Below, one piece after another: positions 50,818 through 59,620 of a stretch of 64,000 bases of DNA. A program made the position numbers and the translations under genes. Under the pieces are notes generated by a model, which saw only the letters and a list, made by a program, of their open reading frames with translations, was not told the origin of the DNA and did not search any database. Numbering within the stretch: position 1 is the first letter of the stretch; each line of letters begins with the position of its first letter. This stretch comes from a virus: IMG/VR virus record IMGVR_UViG_3300033978_000437; one strand, 5' to 3'.

Positions 50818-51665
50818 ATTAAGCGCTGTCGCCGTGTCGGGTTACGCTGCCTTAAATCTGATTGCGAAGAATTAGCCACAAGTATCGACTTAGGCTTTGT
50901 TTCTTGCTTTTTCTGCATCTGTGCTCGAAACTCTTCCATAATCCAATGCAAGCATAACGAATCAAAACCTGCACTATGCATTTGTTCTGGGGAAACATTG
51001 TGCTTAGCTATCAATCCATATTGTTCCAAGATTAATGGCAATGACCATTTAATTCCGGCTACTTTTATTCCGATTACTCGTTTAAAGTAACTTTTTAAAT
51101 CGTCTGACCTATAAGGTAATACGGTTAATCGATAATTAGCACAGTTAGAATTTGAAGATTCCCATATCTGTGTAGCCTTATAAATGCCACCCACATCAAA
51201 GTAATTATCAGAAGGTAGTTCAAAACCTTTGTTTAAGAATCTATTAAAGTTACCACGAAGCAACCTTTCATCTGCGTTCTGCCCATTCTGAGCTACAAAT
51301 GGAAGATTTCTGTTATTCCATGCGTCAAACAACTTGTAATAGAATTGTAAGGCTTGTAAAGGATTGATGCCTTTTTTCTTCACATAGTCCGGTAGTAGTT
51401 GCCAGCCTTCCCCTATGATAGATCGCATGGTATTTAACTTGTAGTCTAACCAATCTTCTGTGATGGAAGGATGATCATACCAGTTAAGGACAAGACTAAG
51501 CTGATCAACAACTTTGCCATCTTCAACTATTGTGTGACCAATCTCCATGATTAGATCAGTTTGTTCGCTACTCCCAGTAAACTCTGTGTCGAAACACAAA
51601 TAGCTTTTAGGTAAAGTATTGCCATACTTTGTAGCGAACTCTTGCCCCCATGCATCAATAATCAT
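50814..51665 (-). CDS. DEDDh 3'-5' exonuclease (DnaQ-like)
   Basis: CFDTEFTG (Exo I), VAQNGQNAD (Exo II), MHSAGFD (Exo III). Confidence 0.8.
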   Translation of the reverse strand: MIIDAWGQEFATKYGNTLPKSYLCFDTEFTGSSEQTDLIMEIGHTIVEDGKVVDQLSLVLNWYDHPSITEDWLDYKLNTMRSIIGEGWQLLPDYVKKKGINPLQALQFYYKLFDAWNNRNLPFVAQNGQNADERLLRGNFNRFLNKGFELPSDNYFDVGGIYKATQIWESSNSNCANYRLTVLPYRSDDLKSYFKRVIGIKVAGIKWSLPLILEQYGLIAKHNVSPEQMHSAGFDSLCLHWIMEEFRAQMQKKQETKPKSILVANSSQSDLRQRNPTRRQRLI

Positions 51666-51679
51666 TTACAATTACTTTC

Positions 51680-52189
51680 TTACTTTGATAAGGCCGAAAA
51701 GCTAGCGTATATGCGTGCTTTCCATTTAATAAACCAGCGTTGCCATCTGGACATACCAGCGTACTTACGAAAACGTTCAGCATGTTTCATTAAATCACCA
51801 ATGGTCTGCATTGGACCTTCACTGGCAATCGTGGCTTCTCTTATGCCTGCATAATGTAGCCCAGCATAACATGTACCAATCATAGCTAGAACAGCTACTT
51901 GAGCTCCTGGTTTACATTGGAAGAACTTGCTCTGAGCTAAGCTTTCAAACATAGACAAAGTGGGAAAATCAACAGCATTGGCTAGATAACTGCAATAAGC
52001 TCCACAAGCTTCGCCTAAATCGTCCATACTTACTTTTTCTCGCCGAAGTATTTCTTCCAGCTCGGGCCAACTTTGGTCTTCTAGTCTAGCTGCTACTAGC
52101 TCCATAACTTGTTGAAAATTATGAGCAACATCTCTACTTGGGTTATAAAGTCGGCGATCTTCTGCACTCATTCTAGCTTGTAGTGTCAT
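51680..52189 (-). CDS. Hypothetical protein
   Basis: 169 aa, coupled (ATGA overlap) to the upstream gene. Confidence 0.75.
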   Translation of the reverse strand: MTLQARMSAEDRRLYNPSRDVAHNFQQVMELVAARLEDQSWPELEEILRREKVSMDDLGEACGAYCSYLANAVDFPTLSMFESLAQSKFFQCKPGAQVAVLAMIGTCYAGLHYAGIREATIASEGPMQTIGDLMKHAERFRKYAGMSRWQRWFIKWKARIYASFSALSK

Positions 52190-53100
52190 GACTTCCTTTC
52201 AGCATCTGCACATGCGATACATACCCCAATATGATCCATTTCTGCAGGATTCAAAAAACTTAACTGGTTACACCTTTTACACTTACCCTTTTTATAAGTT
52301 AATAGATGCGTTGCCAAAGGACAATTATCTGTACCATAAGGGCAACGAAAACATTCGTGTGTCTCTGGAAATCCTTTCAAACACGGTGTCTGACTTCTAT
52401 CTCTCGCCACAATCAGTTGACGATTGTGCGTCATTGTAGCATGACTGTGTCCAATTTCTATTACAAAAGGGTCTTGCTGCGAGCGTTTTGGGTCAAGTAA
52501 TAGAAAACATTGCAACCCATAAAATTGTTGGACATCAAAATATAAACCTTGGCTGCGTTGCTCTCCTCTACTATTTATGCGAGATCTATTAAACCCAAAC
52601 CCTAACCCTTTGGCATTACGATAAGTTGCCAGATACTGCGTCTTTTTTAAAGACCAAGTTTGCGTTAACTTCTTAGGAACTACAGTCCCTGCTAAACTTT
52701 GAAAAGTAAACGCATTTACAAACTGTTTACCTTGCCTATGTGTGTATACATCACATATGCGTGCTGGCACCCATTCAAAACAAATTTGACGTAGCCACTG
52801 CGTAACCGGTCGCTGACAAGCTAAAGCGGGTAGATTCCCAGCCATACGCCAGCAAGTGGCTACTAATAACTGGCGAGTCAACTCTCTGCCGACTAAGCTT
52901 TTCACGCTTGCATGCACTGTAGCTTTAACAATGTTATTCGGTAAAGCAGTATGCAGCTGGGATACAAAAGATGCAAAATTAGTACCTACTAGTGTAGTAC
53001 CTATAAATGGGGCTAAAGTTCCAACTAATCTATCTCTAGCCGCCAATACTCGTTTGATTGACATCTCCGGTAAAGGAGGATGTACTTCTGCAATAGTCAT
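52186..53100 (-). CDS. Hypothetical protein with a C-terminal Cys-rich zinc-binding region
   Basis: ECFRCPYG..CP..KCKRC..CIAC. Confidence 0.7.
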   Translation of the reverse strand: MTIAEVHPPLPEMSIKRVLAARDRLVGTLAPFIGTTLVGTNFASFVSQLHTALPNNIVKATVHASVKSLVGRELTRQLLVATCWRMAGNLPALACQRPVTQWLRQICFEWVPARICDVYTHRQGKQFVNAFTFQSLAGTVVPKKLTQTWSLKKTQYLATYRNAKGLGFGFNRSRINSRGEQRSQGLYFDVQQFYGLQCFLLLDPKRSQQDPFVIEIGHSHATMTHNRQLIVARDRSQTPCLKGFPETHECFRCPYGTDNCPLATHLLTYKKGKCKRCNQLSFLNPAEMDHIGVCIACADAERKS

Positions 53101-53915
53101 TCAACCCCTCCATTTTCGTATCTAGTTATTTTTAAATTAAATACTTGATGTTCAAGTGATGGAGTAACATTCCCATCTTTCCAAAGAGTTTGTTCAGAGG
53201 TTTTACCTATCCCTCGTCTACCATTTCTACCCCCTACATTGATCCTAACTACTGCGTTTAATTTTATGTAACTTTTAAGACAACTATCGCAACAGCATTG
53301 TACTCCTTTGTGAAACTCACCTACGCTGCCACCTTGCTGCCTTATCAACTCTCCTAAAATAGAATCACCACCATTGTGATATAAGTCTGCAAAAGGATAA
53401 TCCCATTTAGCTAAAAAAGCAGTATCCGCAACCCACCAACCACCTGTGGCAAATAAAAAAAAGCTACGGTTATTAAATGGTTTTCCTGTAAACCAAGGTT
53501 GTTTAACAATTACTTCATGCTGCCGGCCTTGTTGCAACATTCTATGTAAAGATCCAACTTGAGTATATTGCTGACTCATCGCTAAAGCCTTATCCCACCA
53601 ATCCGTGTAAGTTGCGTCTAAAAAACTATCGTCGTCAAACCACATTGTTTTAGCTGCTAACTGTCTATCTTTAAACATCTGTCGCATCAAAGGATACTTG
53701 CCTAGGTTTTTGCCATTCTCTTCTTCATAGAGATAAACAGGACAGCTACGCATTTGTTTTGTTGCCCAGCCTTCTACATACTCCTTAGTTTCTTTGCTAA
53801 CTTCATTTAAACCGATACGAATATCTTGTATATGTGCGGTATATCTAAAAGAACTTAACAAATCCTTCGCCAGATTAAGGTAGTCTCCATACAAGAGTGC
53901 GCACACAGAAAACAT
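53097..53915 (-). CDS. GT-A glycosyltransferase-like protein
   Basis: NLGKYPLMR, TMWFDDDSFL, ATGGWWVA, GGDSILG. Confidence 0.65.
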   Translation of the reverse strand: MFSVCALLYGDYLNLAKDLLSSFRYTAHIQDIRIGLNEVSKETKEYVEGWATKQMRSCPVYLYEEENGKNLGKYPLMRQMFKDRQLAAKTMWFDDDSFLDATYTDWWDKALAMSQQYTQVGSLHRMLQQGRQHEVIVKQPWFTGKPFNNRSFFLFATGGWWVADTAFLAKWDYPFADLYHNGGDSILGELIRQQGGSVGEFHKGVQCCCDSCLKSYIKLNAVVRINVGGRNGRRGIGKTSEQTLWKDGNVTPSLEHQVFNLKITRYENGGVE

Positions 53916-53940
53916 AAAATAACTCCTTTTGATGATAGCT

Positions 53941-53980
53941 AAAAAAAAGGCCCACAGTTGTTATTACTGTGGGCCTTTTA
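53941..53980 (-). terminator. Intrinsic terminator (potentially bidirectional)
   Basis: AAAAGGCCCACAGT-7 nt-ACTGTGGGCCTTTT with a U8 tract on the minus strand. Confidence 0.9.
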
Positions 53981-53992
53981 TTTTAATTAATG

Positions 53993-54949
53993 TTAGCGGG
54001 GGGACCGTCCTCGTAATTGTTTCTTCGTTGTAATAGGAGGCTCATCAAATTCATCAATCATTTGAATCGTTTCAGGTAACTCTGGAAGTTCTTCAACTGA
54101 CTTCTTAGCAGCTGAAGCCATTACATTCTTATTTAGTGGCAGTTGAGCTTGTTTAATCAAAACACTCTGGGAACGCTCAAGCACTTTGGAAAGCTTTTCC
54201 ATTGTGCTTACTAATTGGTTTTTGGTTCTACCAATCCGCTCCATGGTGTTTTTGATGTTGCTCACAAACTGCTCAGACACATCTTGTGGAGGCATTTCCA
54301 TAAACATACCATCAAGAGGCTCTGCCACTGCTTCCAAGTAGTTGTCAGCTAATTGGATAGTGGTGTAAATCTTCTGAAGCATCGCAACAGGGGTCTTTGG
54401 CAGCTTAGGCTTTCGACCACCAGCCCTCTTTACTTCAGCTTCCTTATTGCCTTGCAACTCTAAGGCTAGCTCATTTGCGGATAAGCATTCCCTACGCACT
54501 TGCTTAAGCAATGCCAACTGTCGCTTTTCAGAGCTAACCTTTTGCAATTCCTTAAAGTGATTCCACGTCAGATAGCCACCATTGGACATCTTCTCTTCAA
54601 CCTGTGCTTTAACAAAATCACGGGTAAAAGCAGCCGAGACATTACACAGATCATAAATCGTAGCTGGAGTTAAATTAGGCAAGTTCCAATACGCTGCTAA
54701 CTTTCGTATCTCAATCTTTTTCTGTGCTTCATTCAAATGCTCTTGATTAAGCAAATTTAAGCATGATGTGCCAATATCATGCTGCACTAACAGTGCAACT
54801 TGAAATCCTACTTGAAGCTTTTTCCCAACTTCTAAAGCAATCGCTTGTGTCGTGGGGTCCATTTCCGAGAAAATGGCTTCTCTATCTTCCTGCTTCTTAA
54901 CGTCTAACCTTGCTACCTTGTTTGGTGTCACTGATTTTGTCTTACTCAT
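53993..54949 (-). CDS. Putative DNA-binding protein (DUF1016-N/KorB-like helical domain plus coiled coil)
   Basis: LTWNHFKELQKV..RQLALLKQV..LSANEL resembles the YhcG-N LSWSHYxxL motif. Confidence 0.5.
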   Translation of the reverse strand: MSKTKSVTPNKVARLDVKKQEDREAIFSEMDPTTQAIALEVGKKLQVGFQVALLVQHDIGTSCLNLLNQEHLNEAQKKIEIRKLAAYWNLPNLTPATIYDLCNVSAAFTRDFVKAQVEEKMSNGGYLTWNHFKELQKVSSEKRQLALLKQVRRECLSANELALELQGNKEAEVKRAGGRKPKLPKTPVAMLQKIYTTIQLADNYLEAVAEPLDGMFMEMPPQDVSEQFVSNIKNTMERIGRTKNQLVSTMEKLSKVLERSQSVLIKQAQLPLNKNVMASAAKKSVEELPELPETIQMIDEFDEPPITTKKQLRGRSPR

Positions 54950-54959
54950 AGTTCGTTCC

Positions 54960-54979
54960 TTAAAATCTGGATTTTAAAA
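54960..54979 (-). promoter_or_regulatory. Dyad motif copy 5 (TTTTAAAATCCAGATTTTAA)
   Basis: Fills the gap between the upstream stop and the SD of gene 54949. Confidence 0.55.
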
Positions 54980-55534
54980 TTATTCTTTCCATGCGAGAAC
55001 ATCTCGTACATGGTCGATGAATCCACTGTACGGCTGTACAATTAGATTCATCTCTCTTTTTTTACCGCTTTTAAATACATGACAACTGGCTTGCAGCGGT
55101 GCGAACAATTCCCAGTCACCATTATGAATCAACAATCCTTGTAAGAAACCCTTCCTTGGGAACACCATACCAATAGGGCGATCTGGATACTTTGCTAACA
55201 AAGGTTCCAGTTGTTCTTCGTAGCGTTCCACAAAGGGAAGCCCACGAAAAGCTTTAAACCAAAAAGGATGAATAGTTCTAGGGTCCCGATGAATTGGAGG
55301 AACATTTAATAACGGTTCCGCAAATAGGTACATCGGAAAGTTAACTACTCGATTATACGCTTCAAAAGAGTAGTAAGGTCCTAGCTCTAGAATTTCTTTT
55401 CGTTTCTTTTCTAACTTCAGTCTGCGTAAAGTCCATTCTACTCGATTGGATTCCCATTGTTTACCATGTGTATCCACATGCTCAAACTTAGCGATTTTGC
55501 TGAGCAGTGGATTTAATGGGTTTATCTTATCCAT
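54980..55534 (-). CDS. Hypothetical protein
   Basis: 184 aa. Confidence 0.75.
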   Translation of the reverse strand: MDKINPLNPLLSKIAKFEHVDTHGKQWESNRVEWTLRRLKLEKKRKEILELGPYYSFEAYNRVVNFPMYLFAEPLLNVPPIHRDPRTIHPFWFKAFRGLPFVERYEEQLEPLLAKYPDRPIGMVFPRKGFLQGLLIHNGDWELFAPLQASCHVFKSGKKREMNLIVQPYSGFIDHVRDVLAWKE

Positions 55535-55537
55535 GGG

Positions 55538-57001
55538 TTACTCCGCTGATTTTATGTGTTTAGCCACAATCTCATCATACGGCCTATCCAGCTGGTATCT
55601 GCGTTTAATATTCAACGCATCCCGAATGCCTTCGCATACCTTAGGGTTATCTTGAATAAGTTGCCCTACTTCTTGAAAGGGCAAATATTCATCTTTACCC
55701 ATACCTATAGCTCTGAAGTTTGCTAAACATTCCACATCAGCAGCTGGTGATTTACATTTAATTACTAATTCACGATCCGTCAACCTTACCTTATGAATTC
55801 CATCCATCTCATTCAGCAAGGTACATAGGGCCCAATTCCAGTCCCACAAGAACATGTCACGAGGGTGACCTGTCTCGGGTTCATCTTCGATCCACCAGAG
55901 AAACCTAGTTTTAAGAACACGACCTGTAGGACCAAATGAGTTTTTAGCACAATGGATTTTAATGCCTAACCCTTCAAACTGTGCGTTTTTAAACTTAGAT
56001 TTCCACACCGAATTTCGAAGCTCAAAGCTTTCATGAAAGTTAAAGCTTTGCCCACCCAGCGTGTATTGATGGGCATTACCTCGGTCATCTGTCTTTTCCT
56101 TGAGATGATTAACAATCAAAAGAGTGAAAGGCCAGTTCTCAAACTGTTTTTTGATGCCAGTCAAATAGTGCGTGTTCTTCAATGCATTGATTGGATGAGT
56201 TCGATTCGCATTACCTTCCTTAATAATCTTCTCTTGAATCTCTTCTGAGGTTGCCCCCGCAAGAGAATCGATACAAAAGCAACATGGGATGGTTTTGCCT
56301 GGGCCAGGCTCAGTAGCCGTACCTACCAGCATTTGCTGCACTTCTCTTAGATAATGCGTGAGGATCTGCTGCATCTGCTCTACAGAGTTTGCTCGGTTAG
56401 ACAAAATCGGAATAGCATCTCGTTCTACCCGCATGATGTCGCATGCAAAATCTGCATCAAATTTATCCTCGGTATCGATATGTACCGCTAAACCTCGTTG
56501 CTCGTAGAACCAGCGAAAGAACTCATAAGCCAACGCAGACTTACAGCTACCCCAGCTACCTGCAAGCATCATCACACTTGACAATGGGAACACATCATTA
56601 GCAATCAAGTATTCAAATGCCAGTGAAGGAGTAGGAATACCAATTGCAAGTTGTCCTAACTCTTCTCGTGAACCGAACACTCGATCTGCCCCAAACTTAT
56701 CTCGAGCAGTTGAGAACAATGTGTTCATCATCTCATTACGGCTTTCCCCGCTCTTCTCTCTAGACCAGCGTGCTCGTAAAGTGTCTTTACCTTTATTAGT
56801 TAACTTAACCCCACCCGACAAACCTATAATCTTTTTCTTAGATTCAAGTATGTGAGCCATCTTGTGAGGGGGAGGAGCAACGACTTTGGCTTCAGTTGGT
56901 TTTTCTTTAGGTTTAGGTTTAGGTTTAACTTTTGAGTGCTCTGCAACTGGCGGATTTAAAACTGAATCTAGCAAGTCATCTGTCTCATCTGACATAACCA
57001 C
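55538..57001 (-). CDS. RecA/UvsX-like recombinase
   Basis: TPSLAFEY, Walker A-like GSWGSCKS, HIDTED, Walker B CIDSLAG, IVNHLKEK, TLGGQSFNFHES, KNSFGP. Confidence 0.85.
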   Translation of the reverse strand: MVMSDETDDLLDSVLNPPVAEHSKVKPKPKPKEKPTEAKVVAPPPHKMAHILESKKKIIGLSGGVKLTNKGKDTLRARWSREKSGESRNEMMNTLFSTARDKFGADRVFGSREELGQLAIGIPTPSLAFEYLIANDVFPLSSVMMLAGSWGSCKSALAYEFFRWFYEQRGLAVHIDTEDKFDADFACDIMRVERDAIPILSNRANSVEQMQQILTHYLREVQQMLVGTATEPGPGKTIPCCFCIDSLAGATSEEIQEKIIKEGNANRTHPINALKNTHYLTGIKKQFENWPFTLLIVNHLKEKTDDRGNAHQYTLGGQSFNFHESFELRNSVWKSKFKNAQFEGLGIKIHCAKNSFGPTGRVLKTRFLWWIEDEPETGHPRDMFLWDWNWALCTLLNEMDGIHKVRLTDRELVIKCKSPAADVECLANFRAIGMGKDEYLPFQEVGQLIQDNPKVCEGIRDALNIKRRYQLDRPYDEIVAKHIKSAE

Positions 57002-57024
57002 TCCTCAGATTAAATTACATAGAA

Positions 57025-57057
57025 AATAAGAGTGAGGCTGATAACCCCACTCTTATT
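57025..57057 (-). terminator. Intrinsic terminator after the SSB-like gene
   Basis: Minus strand AATAAGAGTGGGGTT-ATC-AGCCTCACTCTTATT-TTCT. Confidence 0.7.
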
Positions 57058-57077
57058 GAAATTAACAGTAGTGCCAA

Positions 57078-58928
57078 TTAACGTGGACGCTTTTTCTTAA
57101 CAGGAGAAGGAGCGGGTGCTTCTTCTTTTGCTGGAATAGGCGCAACTCGTTTACGGCTTCGAGCCAGTCCTTTCGCTTTGGCCAAGCTGTTGTTCAGCTG
57201 GTCATTTAGCGTTTCGCTGGCTTCTTCGTCTTCATCGAAGTCTTTGGACTTGCTGTTTTCTTCGTCTTCGTCAACGAAGTCGTCATCGTCTTCGCTGTCT
57301 TCGTCTTCGCCGTCTTCTTCGGGGTCAGCTTCTTCGCTGTCGTCGTCTTCTTCAAGCTCGTCTTCGTCGAATTCTTCGTCACCGAAGTCTTCTTCTTTGG
57401 ACTTACTTTTGCTGACTTTCGCATTCCCGTTAGATCCGTTGTCAAACTCATCATCAGACTCCTCGTCATCCAACTTATCCTCGTCGAGTTCTTCATCAAA
57501 CTCATCTACGAGTTCTACTGCGGACTTTTTGCCACTGGATGGTTTAGCAAGGTTAGGGCTGTTGGTAACGCCCGCCTTGGCTGCAACCACCTTTGGTTTA
57601 GCCACAGGATTAACCTTTGGATAAACCGGCAATTCCTCCTCACTATCCTCCTCGACCGCAGCAGCAACCCCCGAGGTCACTACACGGTTGTTTAGGATGG
57701 CAGCTACCGCATCGTAATTTAAATACTCTGGGTGGCTCATCCAACCAAACTCAAGGAGTCGGGGTATTTGTCGAAATGCTTTCGCAATCAACACGCACCT
57801 TTCTTCAATCGTTGGCTCATGCAGCAGATAAGAATCAGCAGGGTCACCTGCATTTTCTTTCCACAAGAACACATTCTTACTAAGAATGTGATCCACTTGC
57901 TCACTGTTCAAGTCTGGAGTCAAAACTCCAGTAGGACCTGAATACTTCGTGGACACTGCTGCTTCGTATTCCACAGCCATCTTGCTGGTTGCACCACCTG
58001 CAAATGTACTGTGCTTTTCTATTACTGTTTGAGTAGGGTTATAAATCGTAAAGAATAACCCACCTTTAACAGTTCCTGTTTTAGCATCAAAGATGCCAGT
58101 AGGATCACCATACTTAAATGGAAGGGAAGGATTTGCTAGTTCATCCCCTGTCCAGTCTTGTTTTTCAATACAGCAAAGCTTCAGTAGGTTTCTACCGGCA
58201 GACACAGACAAGGGGAGCACAACCAGTGGATCATTCTCGCCTTCGCCTAATGGTATCCCATTTCTTGGGATATCTTTTGACACTTCCTTGCCTTGTTGCT
58301 TGTACGAGATGTGTTCTCGTAAAAGGTCAAGCGAATCACCATTCTCGTACACAGAAGCAATTACAAAGTACTTCTGAGTGAAAGCCCCAAGTGCTGGCAT
58401 TTTAGCACTCATTAAGCCATTCCAACGAGGATCGTAAACACCACCATAGCCAAAGTCTTTACCTTCAAATGCCTTCTTTACTGTCATGTAAAGCTTTACA
58501 TATGGCTCGTTCCAGAAAGTTACACCTTCGTAAACAGAACTCTTATTTCTCGCAATGATGTAACTGCATTGTTGAAACTCTCCATTACCACCGAAGTGTG
58601 GAGTGTCTCTTTTAATACCAGCATACTGGATAGTGTAAGCAGGTTCTGATATAGACATACCACCAAGTCCCGCCATATCAATGGCAGATAGCCTACCATT
58701 CAACAGCTTGTTACTTGGATCTTCTGGATCCAACATAGGCCACACACGCAACACTGTTTTGCCACCGGTGTAGCAGCGCAAATTCTCAAGTCTCACACTG
58801 GTAAGACTTGGATTGATGCACACATTACCCATAGGAACTCCCCTACGAGTTGTGTCTTCCTTGGCAGGATCCATCTGCCTATTTAAGGAAGCTAAGGTGC
58901 GGGGAACTAACGATCTTTGCTTACGCAT
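57078..58928 (-). CDS. Putative single-stranded DNA-binding protein (gp32-like role) with a long acidic tail
   Basis: Lies between polA/tmk and recA; KTVLRVWP; about 100-aa D/E tract. Function is inferred from position and composition. Confidence 0.45.
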   Translation of the reverse strand: MRKQRSLVPRTLASLNRQMDPAKEDTTRRGVPMGNVCINPSLTSVRLENLRCYTGGKTVLRVWPMLDPEDPSNKLLNGRLSAIDMAGLGGMSISEPAYTIQYAGIKRDTPHFGGNGEFQQCSYIIARNKSSVYEGVTFWNEPYVKLYMTVKKAFEGKDFGYGGVYDPRWNGLMSAKMPALGAFTQKYFVIASVYENGDSLDLLREHISYKQQGKEVSKDIPRNGIPLGEGENDPLVVLPLSVSAGRNLLKLCCIEKQDWTGDELANPSLPFKYGDPTGIFDAKTGTVKGGLFFTIYNPTQTVIEKHSTFAGGATSKMAVEYEAAVSTKYSGPTGVLTPDLNSEQVDHILSKNVFLWKENAGDPADSYLLHEPTIEERCVLIAKAFRQIPRLLEFGWMSHPEYLNYDAVAAILNNRVVTSGVAAAVEEDSEEELPVYPKVNPVAKPKVVAAKAGVTNSPNLAKPSSGKKSAVELVDEFDEELDEDKLDDEESDDEFDNGSNGNAKVSKSKSKEEDFGDEEFDEDELEEDDDSEEADPEEDGEDEDSEDDDDFVDEDEENSKSKDFDEDEEASETLNDQLNNSLAKAKGLARSRKRVAPIPAKEEAPAPSPVKKKRPR

Positions 58929-59604
58929 TTGTAAAACCTTTCAAAAGGGAAACAACACGGGTGTGTATCTCATTGCCAATTACCGCAATTGACAAAAGTT
59001 GAGAACCACCCATACAGTCAACTATCTCAAACCTAGTCTTCGGATGATAATCCATTAAATCCGATGTGTAGAAAGATCTAACTTTCTCTAGATACACTTC
59101 ATCTTCTTCGTGAAGATCTTTCGGTTTAGCAGTGTAACCACGGACATTTTTTTGTGCAATGTTTTTAATTGCAAAAGATGTGGGAACATCCAAAAAAAAC
59201 ATTACATCTGGAACTGGCATCTGCCATAAGCCATATTCCAATTTAACAAAATGCTTGATTAGTTCATCTCGTTCTCCTTCCTCCGTTTTCATTGCGGAAT
59301 AACACAATGCTGAAGGTATGTAACGATCTGCAATAACCACATCGTTGTTTTTAATTAACGATTCTAGGTATGATTTAGATTCGTAGCGGTCAATGGAAAA
59401 TAAAGTGCTGTGTAGGTAAGGATGTGTGTTTTTTCCAAAATCACCATTCAGATACCGACCTACTAACTTTCCATAAAGAGTATCTGTGTACCTAGGAAAA
59501 CTAATCGTTTCAACAGTCAAGCCTACTTCCTGCAAGCTTGACTGCAATGCCTTGGTTACAGAACCCTTGCCCGATCCATCAATGCCTTCGATTACGACAA
59601 ACAT
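58921..59604 (-). CDS. tmk: Thymidylate kinase
   Basis: VIEGIDGSGKG, ISFPRY, DRYES, VIADRYIPS, PDVMFFLDV. Confidence 0.9.
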   Translation of the reverse strand: MFVVIEGIDGSGKGSVTKALQSSLQEVGLTVETISFPRYTDTLYGKLVGRYLNGDFGKNTHPYLHSTLFSIDRYESKSYLESLIKNNDVVIADRYIPSALCYSAMKTEEGERDELIKHFVKLEYGLWQMPVPDVMFFLDVPTSFAIKNIAQKNVRGYTAKPKDLHEEDEVYLEKVRSFYTSDLMDYHPKTRFEIVDCMGGSQLLSIAVIGNEIHTRVVSLLKGFTNA

Positions 59605-59620
59605 TACAATACTCTTTTAT

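Noticed and set aside
57178-57624. Poly-Ser plus-strand ORF (and the 57206-57505 alternative frame)
   Set aside because: Consequence of the GAA/GAC-rich acidic tract in the SSB-like gene.
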